Notes under the pieces: model-generated
Database searches by the model: none
What the model saw: only the letters and a program-made list of their open reading frames with translations
What the model was told of the DNA's origin: nothing
Source of the DNA: Catajapyx aquilonaris
Taxonomy: Eukaryota
NCBI GenBank assembly: GCA_000934665.2
Contig: JYFJ02004459.1
Span: 1 to 32,489 of the forward strand
Reading direction: 5' to 3'
DNA: 32,489 nucleotides
Shown here: in pieces, positions 22,802 to 32,489 of the stretch
Layout of the letters: the number at the start of each line of letters is the position of its first letter
How positions within the stretch are numbered: position 1 is the stretch's first letter
Program-made: the position numbers and the translations under genes

Positions 22802-23100
22802 AAGCATTAAATAATCCCAAATTGCACAACTATACCTTGATGAACAAAGACGCTTTGATCATCACCATGATACAAATCTAATTATTGTGTAAAATGCGGA
22901 AGTAAGATCTCTGGGTTACATTTATCCATAAGGTTGAAGATCTTACGCAGCCCAGTCTTGTTTCAGTAATTTCTATCCGTTACTTGGATCTTACTTTCCT
23001 TTTTTTATAATTCCATAGGGATTGTTTTTTTGCGATAATTGCAGCTATTTTTTGACAAAGCAACCTGAACATGAAGTTATACTCATAGGATGGTATAGAG

Positions 23101-23397
23101 CAGAGGTTCCCAAACTTTTTGAGTCGCGGAGCACGTTTCAGCAGAGATATTTGTGACGGAGCACTAACGTCATCGACGGCGTAAGCATAAAAAAATTCTG
23201 AGAGGGGGGGCGCCAAATAAGTAAATGGGAAGGCGAGTGACAAAAGGGCGCCGCAGGCGAAAAAATTTGGGTTCAAGGTCACGGCAGCTACTGAGAGATT
23301 TAAATGGGTATATAGCTTATTGAAGAATTCCTTTTCTCCCCACCCTCTTCGTGGAGCACTTGGAGAAGCTTCGTGGAGCACAGTTTGGGAAACTCTG
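23101..23397. mobile_element. hAT (Charlie-like) MITE
   Basis: TIR CAGAG(g/t)TTCCCAAACT; perfect 8-bp TSD GTATAGAG (23093-23100 / 23398-23405); subterminal ggagcac repeats. Confidence 0.92.
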
Positions 23398-23692
23398 GTA
23401 TAGAGGGAGGATCGGATAATTATATCTTGGGCGGGGAGAAGATTTTCTTGGTCGGTTTTATTAAGATTCGTACACAGTTGAGAGGAGAGTGGATAGAGAT
23501 GCTGAGGTGGCAGGCAGGATTGTCGGGAAGTGTTGAGAGTGTCAACGACTTTTGTCATATAAGTTCTGGACCTAGAAAAGGCATGGTGGGAATTGTCCTG
23601 GTACAGAGAGAGGAGCGGATCCTTACCTCTTGGGCGTCGGAAAGATTTTTTTAGAAGGGGTTAAGGTTCGTACACAGTTGAGAGGAGAGAGA
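23398..23692 (+). repeat. Diverged direct repeat with ~200-bp period
   Basis: ttaag(a/g)ttcgtacacagttgagaggagag at 23461 and 23661; upstream gagg..cggat..tta..tcttgggcg..aagatttt is also repeated. Confidence 0.7.
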
Positions 23693-24739
23693 TGATTTCT
23701 GATTAGTTTTATCTTGTGAAAGATGGCTGCTTATAGTTGGTTGCTTGGTTAATTTCTTTCCGATCAAATTTCATTATCACAAGTCCCTTCTTCATGACAT
23801 CTGTCTAAGTTCTCAAATGTATGAGGTGGTTAGAAGTGATTATTCGCTACCCGGCTGTACCCAGGACCCACCACGTGGAGATAGTCGCGTTGTTTGGGTC
23901 CTATACCCATGCTCACTCAATCACTTTCCCATGTGGACACAAGTCTCCTCAAAATACTACTCTAGTATTGCAGGGACAAGAAATAAGATCATGGCCTCTC
24001 TCATCATCCTGGTACATGATGGTGAGAGAAAGGGAAGAAAGTCGGTTATTGGGAGTGAGAATAACACTAAAGTCATATATCATACGGGCGTCGTATGCCT
24101 ATGTGGTAAGTGGTTGCCGTTCGAATCAGCGGGAGGAGAAAGGGGGCAACATCAAAGTCTTATACTGGTTGGGCTACGTATACCGGCAAGGACGAACCGC
24201 AGGGGTTTACGAAGCCTGCGTGAATTATAAATGCATTAACTTACCAAAATCAAGATAGTTTCAGGGGTTGAAGGGTGCAGGAGGACTGATGACACGAAGA
24301 TCGAATGGAATTATTCATACGAACATGATAGAGTTATCGTATCTAAGACAAATTCAATAATATTTGATGGTTGACAACATCAGTCATAATCGAGTCACTC
24401 ACCTGTTGACGCCTAAGGAGGATACCGTGGAAACTGAATGAAATATATAACAAGTTGAATGAATGAAATGTTTATTTAATAATAATGTAATGAAAATAAG
24501 GTAAAGCATATATTTATTTAAGCGGTTAGCGTACGTAATTCCGCATAAAGTGTAGAGATGATATTTACACAAAATCATATTCTAAATAGTGTGTGACTGT
24601 TGTCACACATGGATTCCAGTTGCACGCATTGCTGCTCATAATGAATTATTCACTTATAATTTTATTTCGGGGTTCTATTACGTCCTTGGGTTTTTTGTGT
24701 AGGGGATCGGGCACTGCAGCACGTCGGGCCGGATACGTG

Positions 24740-24880
24740 TTCAAAATATGAAGGCTGTACTTGCAACGGTTTTTGAGATATGCTTGACAGAAAAACGTCC
24801 TCCCAACAACAACAACAAGGAAAATTTTCATTGTTGTTTTTGCACGAGGATCTTACTTATAGGGACTATCGTCCCTACAA
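24740..24880 (+). mobile_element. 3' end of a DINE-1/HINE (Helentron-associated)-like element
   Basis: aaaatatgaagg..aacggtttttgagatat core, short (CAA)n, terminal stem-loop tagggac-tatc-gtcccta (24860-24877). Confidence 0.45.
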
Positions 24881-25211
24881 TGAAGCAGTGCAGTAAGTAA
24901 AGTAGTTTTTGGTGACAAAAGGCATATTTCTGGAGAAAATACCACGAAAATTCGTCATTTAGAAATTATCGTATAAACCCGTACGATGACGAGGTCACTA
25001 TCGTACATCTCGCCGGTCGGGTTGGAATTAGATTGTGCACTCAGGAGAATGACGTCATGCACGGATCAGGGCGGCCATGTTTGATCTCACTTGCCTATAT
25101 GGTTGACTGTGGTCCCATCCACCCTTTGGACGAAATGGATCGTCACGTGACTTATTGGGGCTATATAAGGAAGGGTCTGGCCCGTGCCAAATTCTTTTGG
25201 CTTCTAGCTGG

Positions 25212-25388
25212 TACGGCCACGAGCAGCCCAAGTACGAAGAGAAGCAGTCCTACGGCTACGAGCAGCCCAAGTACGAGAAACCATCCTACGGCTACGAGCA
25301 GCCCAAGTACGAAGAGAAGCAGTCCTACGGCTACGAGCAGCCCAAGTACGAAGAGAAGCAGTCGTAAGGATACGAGCAGCCCAAGTAA
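25212..25388 (+). repeat. Coding-type tandem repeat (36-39-nt units, 4.6 copies) encoding YGYEQPKYEEKQS, cuticle/eggshell-protein-like; interrupted by TAA
   Basis: Units at 25212, 25251, 25287, 25326 and 25365; third positions nearly all C/G in the Tyr frame; acceptor-like ttcttttggcttctag at 25207. Confidence 0.75.
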
Positions 25389-25664
25389 TCGGGCTGCTAG
25401 TAGCCGTAGTTCTGCTAAAAACCGTTCGTAATTGGGGTACAAATAATTTTATAAGTTTCTATCTTTTTAGATGCCGCCAACAAAGTCATCAGAGGTATAG
25501 AGAGCTGGGCCCAGGTAGCTGCTGCACAACGTGCTGTGGCAGCTAACAACGGAGGTCTGCTTCGAAGCAGACAAACTGGCTGCAGCAGCTCAGCTGAGTC
25601 ACTAGATCATGTTAATAAGAAAAATAAAGAGTAATTAATAAGAAAAACAAACTGAAGTTTATTG

Positions 25665-26181
25665 TTCGATCCCCACCCGGGGTTCCCACCTTCTTTCGTG
25701 CAGAGTTGGGCCATCTCTGGCTTCGTTTCGGGTGGCAATTTCCGCTAGACAAAGCCACCCGGGGAGTTCACAAAATGACCAATCAGAGACATTGCACTTG
25801 CACTTTGCACATCCCCTCCTAATTACCCAGGAGTAATTAAGTTAGATTCTCTTGCATGGCTCCTATCTCCGATGGTGGTAATCCACCCCCCCTAAGAGGG
25901 CCCCTGAGCCCTCTTAGGAGGGTGGATTACCTGGAGGGCCCTGGTACGGGGTCCGACTGCTAATCGGGAGGTCCTGGGTTCGAATCCCGGGGCCGGCAAC
26001 CTTGACCGTGGTTTTCTGTGGTTTTCCACGGTCTTTCTAGGATAATTCCGGGGTCGCTTCCGTATAATAGGCCACAGCCGCTTCCTTCCTTCCCTACCCT
26101 TGGAGGTTGAATGGCAAATGCTGGGCCAACCTCCTTAAATATCAATTAAAGTATCAACGGTACGGGGTATTACAAAAAAAA
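25665..26181 (+). mobile_element. Dimeric/chimeric tRNA-SINE (5'-truncated family A + 5'-truncated family C)
   Basis: Single 16-bp TSD aaactgaagtttattg (25649-25664 / 26182-26197); 25664-25820 nearly identical to 16305-16461; second B-box gttcgaatccc near 25978 followed by gtggttttctgtggttttcc; poly(A) tail. Confidence 0.88.
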
Positions 26182-26399
26182 AAACTGAAGTTTATTGGAA
26201 GTATACATGGTGTTCCCTTAATATTTCCTAAGAAATTTCCCAAGGTTTGCAACAGACATCTTAAAAAACAAACCAGCATACTAGAAATTATTTGAACATT
26301 TTTTTCCTAATATAAACACTAGAGTGAAACCTGTCTATAGGAGGTCAGATCTTTCTGCAAAAAATCCTTAACAGGTGGCCATGATGTGCAACAGGAGTA

Positions 26400-26534
26400 C
26401 AGTGTTGGGCATTAATCACTTCGTACTGCTACCGACATTTTCTGAAGGGGCAGAAGAACTAATCGAAGCAATGGAAAGTGCGAGCCGTGCGAGCAAGATT
26501 TCGTTCCTTTGCCGCTTCGGAAAATGTCACACTG
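26400..26534. mobile_element. Decayed palindromic MITE remnant
   Basis: cagtgt..acactg ends; internal inverted pair gacattttctgaaggggcagaagaac (26434) / gttcctttgccgcttcggaaaatgtc (to 26528); no clear TSD. Confidence 0.4.
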
Positions 26535-27307
26535 TATAGTACACCTTTGTCAGGAGGACACAAAAGTTCTGTAATTGACTAGTTTCTGCTGCATCCAGGG
26601 TCCATTACATGCAAGTTCAATGTAGTTACAGAATCCTGACTACTGCATGCAAACCAAATTTTCCTTGCTACAAACATGCCAAACTCAACCTTACAGACCC
26701 TATCATGATGGACGTCTCCTATAACAGTACATCACATTTCCCAAGTGATACTGAAGACTTTGGTTCACATTCATGTTCTCTCTAGCATTTACACCTTCAC
26801 AAGTACAACAGCAAGGGAACCAGAAGACTCTTGATCCAACTCCAGCATCCTGAAAGTCTCCACAACATACTCAAAGTACTACAAAATGCATCTCCTTCAA
26901 ACAACTTTATTGCCAAGTAGAAAAGATGTGAGTATTACACCCAGTTCTGAATGATCAATGTAACATTGACGTTTATTAGAAGTCCTTAAACGGATCCTCG
27001 TTGTTTATCATAGATCTGTCACAAAACACGTCACAAAAAAACAGAGACGTGCTTCACAACCAACTAACAGTTTTGCACCATAACCGAGTGAATTCTACCA
27101 CTACTTGCTGCGGGTAATAGTAATCAATACCAAACAATCCGAAAGCCAAAGCTTTACCTGAAGTGTGAGTAAGCAGCACATAACTTACGGTCTAAGCTTA
27201 AAGTAACATTATGGTCAGTGTTGTATGGCAAAAAGTGATGTGAAAACTCCTAAATTTTAATGCACATATGGGTTCATTAGGGTTAATAGTCTTCAAAATA
27301 TCTTGTT

Positions 27308-27368
27308 TTACCACTTGGAAAGAAAACTGTCTTCCAGTGAAGCGCACACAGTCAGTTCTCGGCCCAAC
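27308..27368 (-). CDS. M16C-like terminal exon
   Basis: ttgcag|(E)LGRELTVCASLEDSFLSKW TAA. Confidence 0.85.
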
Positions 27369-30300
27369 CTGCAAATTAATCATGCAATTATTATAAGCTA
27401 CCTTCAGAAGGTCACATATAAAAGCCAATGACAAATAGCTATTCTTTTTGATATATACTGTATGCGAAACAAAAATCCCTGGCATAACTCAATCTTTTCA
27501 TGGTCACCAGCCCTAATAACTAGTGGTTAAAAATGTGAATATGGAAGGGTACTCACTCAGCAAACCCAGCAACAACCTCATCGACCTTGGAGGTGTGACA
27601 TACTATGGCCGTGCGTGATGCCTGTATATCCAGCAGTGGGGTCACATACTTAACCCCTACACGAGACAAGTCCTCACCAGACACTTTGGTCACCAACTGA
27701 AGTAGATTTCTATTTTGGAAGAAATTTGACAAACATCTGTTAGTGACATATCTGGCTAATCTTTGATAAAAGCTTTGCCAGCCCCTCTACTCCATGTGTA
27801 CAATCCTTTCAGTGACGTACCAGTCAAGTTCCAATTACTGTAGATGGCCTAATAAGTGAGGATTCTTATGGAAGTAAATATTTTTGTTATTGTTAAAATA
27901 CACAAAAAGATGCTGACATCAGTTGGCCTCGAGTTCATATAGTTTTTAAAGGGCTCACCTGTAATAGGAAGGATCAATCCCCTTGAAGTAGGAGAGAAGC
28001 GACTGAATTATGATGTCTCCAACACTCTTTTCATGCTCAATCAGCTCAAAAATGAGGGAACTCTTGGCAGATTCAAGGACAGTCTCATTCCATAGCTCCT
28101 CTCCACTCAGATGGGCAGTCTGAAACCAGTGTAAATTCCACAGTACATTTCACATTTCTGGTACTCCACTTCAATCTAGAAAAACGTACAATGATTCGAT
28201 GGGCCTCACTGTAGGCAGCTACCACATGAGTAGACCTATAGAGAGACAAGTAGAGGAGACCCTCGTTGGGCTTGATATTGAGGCCGTATCCATAAGCTAG
28301 TCCCTGGCCCCTGATTTGACGCCACAGGGGACCCTGCAGACAAAAAATATCAAGGATGTCAAATATGTGTTATTGAACTTCACAAAGTGTGCATTTGACA
28401 GGTCACTTCACAAGCAGAATGGGTACTGTGCTTTCAAACAGCAGCATGCCGATAAAATTGGGGGTTCAAAGTCTCATCTGGTGGCTATACAGTATACACA
28501 CAGGTTAATATAGAGTGGGGTTTGTAGCTATTTAATCTACTATTAGAGCCAGTAGCATGACTCAAAGAGAATTCTAGCATTTTCTCAACACTGAACCTTG
28601 GAAAATAGAAATTGTTGCATGAATGCAGATTACCTCCAATCTTCAATGAAATCTCACGGAAATTGAATTATATCACTTGCAAAAGCAGTAGGCACAAGGA
28701 ACAGTAGAGAACAAAAAAGTTTTAATGAGCAAAAATCCAGTCACACATTGGTTGGTCAACAAACAAAAGATGAGTGACCCAGGGTACTGACTTACCTCAA
28801 GCTGGGTGAGGTATTGTATAAAAACTAGCAGTGCAGGGAAGTCTGGATCCTTGAAGCAGGAGATAGAAGGTACTGTCTGCACGAGAAAGGAAGATTCAAC
28901 AGAACCCAGTCCAATCACACATGCTCCTGTTGGGCTCTCTGAAGCAGGGGTCAGCAAGTGGTGGTCAGGCACCACTGTCAGGCTGCAAAGTCCACGAAAG
29001 GATTTAAAAGCTGCACCAAAGCAAAGTTTTCCTGGCTCACCTCTTCTTTGTCCATGGCTGTCCCCAGAGGACAACCTTCTCCTTCCAGACTTTCTGAAGA
29101 TCATTAACTGATTTGGACACTTTATCTACCCCCATTGCCAGGTGCAACATCATGTTGTCTGGCTGCGTAAGCAGTTTTCTCACTTGTCCCATAGTCTCAA
29201 TGACTTGGTTAGCATTGCTTGAATCAAGTTCATCACACAGTTTGTTGAGGAAAGACAGCTGCCGCATTAAGCTAGAATTGTAGTGATTGCTATCTGTAAA
29301 TAATCAATTTGTTCATATCATAAATAGTGTTTCCAGTATTTTATGACATGGAGGGTTCCCCTTCCAGTTACACACATCCCAAAAAACCTGAGGAGTTAAT
29401 AATTCCAGGCACTATGCATGTACAGTTTGTGTTTTGAATTCCAGTCATGAATAAGAGCTCGAATGCTTCTGCATACCTTTTCCATAGCACATGTCACGCA
29501 TGAGGAAGTGAGCTATCTTGTTTCCTCTCCTCTTGAGCTGTGCCACATCATTGACCATCTTGGTTGCAAGGACTTTGAGCCTCTCTGTTGTAAACACTGA
29601 GTTGAAGAGCAGCTCCTGCAGCCATTCCACCCCACGCTCATACTTTTCCACTTCCACCTAGCAAAAGAGAAATATTGCCTGAAAATGACCAATGGACCTA
29701 CAAAGTAATCTCAGAAGAAAAGGACTCACCTGCAACAAAACAGACACGGTCTGCGCATAAGCCCCGCAGGTAAAACGAGAGCCCAGGTCAAGTCCTAACC
29801 TCATGGTAAACTGGAGGGTATCTCTGGCTAGCTCTGCTACAACATCCTCATAAGGAATCACCCCATCTCCCCTTCGCACTGCAGTCTCCATCAGGGCCTC
29901 AGTTAGGAGCGGGAGGTAGGGCTTCATTTTTCGAGGGATGCAACTGGTGTCTATGAGGACCATCAGCTATTCAGTGGGAGAGATGCAACATATACGCATG
30001 AATTACAAAACGAAAAAAGCGAATAATTTGAATAATTACTTGTACAGGTCAAGATTGGTTACTATTGCTTCACCATAACAATGGTCATAGTGGTGTCACA
30101 ATGGCAGAAATTGCTTTAAACAATGCCAAGACTGAAAATAACAATGGAAGGTTTGGGACATCAGTACTAGTCTCTAGTTGAATCTCAAGTAATTTCATTA
30201 TAGCAAGTCTATCCATAACTGGATATGTATTAGGTCGCTCAGATGCCCCACGGTAACAATAACTAAAAGCAGTCATATATTTTGCAACTTACGTAAATAA

Positions 30301-31406
30301 AGTTTGTGTGAACATCATCAAGCCTCACAAACATAGGCATGCCATCCAAGGGAAACTTAGGATGCTGCTTTTCATCAAGAGAAGTGTATGTTGTGATTGG
30401 GTGAAACTTTATGGAAGCAGTGCCTGGCACTGCCACACTCTGGATGAGGCTTTCAGGAGGCTCCAACTCATTCTCCTGCATGGAAGCTACGAGGGCTTGG
30501 GTTTTTCCCTCCAGTCCTTCAGGTCCCAGCTTCTCTCTCTGTGCTTCAACCCTCTTCTTTTCTTCTGTCATGGTACGCTCCATCTCCTCCAGGCTTGGCC
30601 TACCTCGCACTGTTACGCTTGGGGCATCTATCATGTACCGCTTCAGGAGCTCCACCCAATATGAGGCAGGGAGTGAGCGGAACTTCTGCAGGTCTTCCAC
30701 TTGGTTTAATCGTTGGTATAACTGGAGTCAAGGCCAGAACAGGTGTTAAATTTTCATTAGTATCCCTGTTCAAGAATTGCTCATTTCTCATAGCTACAAT
30801 TTGCAAGTAATGAAATTAATACAGTAAATGTTCTCAATGTTTGCATCATTAGGCCCGTATCTTCGACGTCTCGCGCAAACCTGAGGGAGGAGCCATAATC
30901 TTCTAGAGAAACTTTCCAATGGTGTTAATCCCTGACAGGGAAAGAACCCCGGGAGTAGTTAATTTTGTTACTAAAAAATTTGATGATTTTTACTCTCACT
31001 GGCAGGTCAACTCCCCTTTGCAAGCGCCTCCATAGGTTTGCGCGAGACGTCGAAGATTCGGGCCTTAACAGTGACAGTCAAGACACGAATTACAATATGC
31101 TTCTCAAAATTGAGAATACATAATAGATAAGCTTACATCAGCCTGGTTGCGGCCATAAAGGACATCTCCAATGACCATGCAAGCCACACTCTCATGTGGA
31201 CTAATCTCAAGGTTGCTCAGCTGCTCTAGGATCTTCCGGTGAATTACTGAGTCCATCCGTTTCATGTCCAGTGAAGCAGGGTCTGCAGCAATTGCTTGTA
31301 ATTTGGCTGCCAGGTCACCCTTCACTGAATCAATCTTTGCCACTGGGACATTCTCAAAGTACAGGAAAAACGTTGTCACCGAGTTCTCAATGCAGCTGAA
31401 TGCAAC
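27308..31406 (-). CDS. Peptidase M16C-family (C05D11.1-like) protein, 3' part; join(31406-31137, 30721-30293, 29966-29730, 29657-29477, 29293-29041, 28982-28796, 28333-28190, 28119-27959, 27709-27557, 27368-27308)
   Basis: Ten GT-AG-bounded exons in consistent phase; motifs [56 protein letters not shown] (M16C-type R..G.AYG) and SAKSSLIFELIE; ends SLEDSFLSKW*. The 5' exons lie beyond the window. Confidence 0.9.
27557..27709 (-). CDS. M16C-like exon (not in ORF track)
   Basis: aaatag|(R)NLLQLVTKV...VVAGFA GA|gtgagt. Confidence 0.88.
27959..28119 (-). CDS. M16C-like exon (not in ORF track)
   Basis: tttcag|TAHLSG..SAKSSLIFELIEHEKS..YY AG|gtgagc. Confidence 0.9.
28190..28333 (-). CDS. M16C-like exon (not in ORF track)
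   Basis: ctgcag|[16 protein letters not shown]...AHRII|gtacgt. Confidence 0.9.
28796..28982 (-). CDS. M16C-like exon
   Basis: ttgcag|(S)LTVVPD...QYLTQLE|gtaagt. Confidence 0.9.
29041..29293 (-). CDS. M16C-like exon
   Basis: ttacag|(D)SNHYNSSLMRQ...WTKK AG|gtgagc. Confidence 0.9.
29477..29657 (-). CDS. M16C-like exon
   Basis: tgctag|VEVEKY...CYGK G|gtatgc. Confidence 0.9.
29730..29966 (-). CDS. M16C-like exon
   Basis: gaatag|LMVLIDT...SVLLQ|gtgagt. Confidence 0.9.
30293..30721 (-). CDS. M16C-like exon
   Basis: ctccag|LYQRLNQVEDL...HTNFIY|gtaagt. Confidence 0.9.
30852..31064. mobile_element. PIF/Harbinger-type MITE (213 bp), intronic
   Basis: 31-bp TIR GGCCCG(t/a)ATCTTCGACGTCTCGCGCAAACCT; TTA TSD at 30849-30851 and 31065-31067. 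Confidence 0.9.
31137..31406 (-). CDS. M16C-like exon
   Basis: ctctag|VAFSCIENS...YGRNQAD|gtaagc. Confidence 0.9.
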
Positions 31407-31737
31407 CTAGAGGAAAGAAAGTGACATTTCTATGAAGAACATGTTCATTGGCATTGTCAATCGGCTCTGAGACGCTGATGTAGTATGTCAAACACACTCT
31501 ATTGCCCCCCTCAAATCTTCTTATCAGCACTCAGCAGGAAAATCCCCCTCATAATAGCAAAAAGCTGTCATTATTAGGTAATCACATTCCTTATATGCAC
31601 TAACCCATTCCAAAATTGAAAATTGGAAGTGGGTTTGAAAATTACTTTAAGCATAAGAAGGTAACCCTATTATTATGCAATGCACATACAATTTTAATAT
31701 ATTGCAATAATTCCATCCCAAAAAATTCAATCACTTA

Positions 31738-32489
31738 GGGCCGGTTGCACGAACCGTTCCTAGGATGTGGGGGCGCTCCTAGGAAGGGATTTTATTGCAC
31801 CAACCCCTCCTAGGTGGTGGGAGCGCTCCTAGCTGCTAGGAAGGCCCGGACCCACTCTTACCGGCTGGGAGCGCTCCCAGCAGTCCAAGGTCTTTCCTCC
31901 CTAATCCGTTGAGTCTTGTGTTTGATTAGAAACAACTCCTAGGCAGATGATCCAAAAAAATCGTGTTATATATAATTAGAAAGCTTGTTTAAATCCTCGT
32001 AGGATATGTGCAAGTTGTTTTCCTATGTTCTTTGTGTAATTTTTTATCCCAAAAAGAAGGTGGAAAGGTGTCATGTTTTGATACGTCGCCGGGCGTTACG
32101 CCAAAAAAGTCTTTTTATTCGACACTTACCGGAGGCCACAAAAGTTGTCCTGTGAACCCTGGATAGTGCAAATCTTTGTGTATCTAACCATATATTTAAA
32201 ATTTAGAAATTACCATTTGGGCAATCATAATTAAGTATATTGCACGCCTCTGCTATCTCGGCCGTTTTTCATCCGAATCACTTCGCGAATGTTACGATGG
32301 CAAGCCAGAAATGTGGGTGATAAAATTAAACAGCGCTACCAAAAATTAAATTTTTCTCAGCGTCACTAAAATTTCCCGCATCTTTTGCCTTATTCGGGGC
32401 TCCTTGCTTGGCCCGCCTTGGCCCAAAACCTGCCTGCCTTGATTGCGTCATGCCCGACCACGTGCATCGCAAAATAAGCTAATTTATGT
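31738..32489. mobile_element. Left end of a probable PIF/Harbinger-type element running off the window
   Basis: TTA followed by GGGCCGGTTGCAC; three subterminal tgg(g/a)gcgctcc(t/c)ag-type repeats (31770-31880); CpG-richer than the flanking intron; right TIR not in the window, so extent is uncertain. Confidence 0.55.

Larger units (their letters stand above)
22062..23039. repeat. Long inverted repeat / foldback-like element with ~200-bp arms
   Basis: 22062-22262 is the reverse complement of 22838-23039 with 2 substitutions and 1 indel; ~575-bp AT-rich spacer. Confidence 0.9.

Noticed and set aside
22980..23558. 192-aa minus-strand ORF
   Set aside because: It runs across the direct repeat, the hAT MITE and a foldback arm; a chance ORF over unrelated elements.
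25212..25388. Regularly spaced repeats resembling a CRISPR array
   Set aside because: There are no unique spacers, unit lengths are multiples of 3, the context is eukaryotic and no cas genes are present.

Overview
Intron-rich animal DNA, most likely an insect (short GT-AG introns, insect-type SINEs and MITEs); no prokaryotic features. Two conserved minus-strand genes flank the window and both run off its ends. On the left are the first five coding exons of a long-chain fatty acid transport protein (FATP/SLC27; ATG 8845, continuing below 599). On the right are the last ten exons of an M16C-peptidase-like (C05D11.1-like) protein (31406 to stop 27308). The interval between them holds several things the ORF track misses because of splicing: an intron-retaining L-fucose kinase pseudogene fragment (14279-14896, +), a 143-aa importin-alpha-derived ORF, and a YGYEQPKY-repeat exon whose shifted frame stays open. 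The importin-derived ORF (ARM1-3 only, no IBB) has most major NLS-pocket residues substituted. A LINE with both ends present (15422-20362) is inserted 16 nt into its second coding exon, and the target-site duplication copied the splice acceptor, so the whole element could be spliced out. The LINE carries two nested tRNA-SINEs and a MITE. Also present are a SINE-SINE dimer, a ~1-kb foldback with 200-bp arms, and several Harbinger-, hAT- and CACTA-like MITEs. All family assignments come from motif recognition, not database searches.
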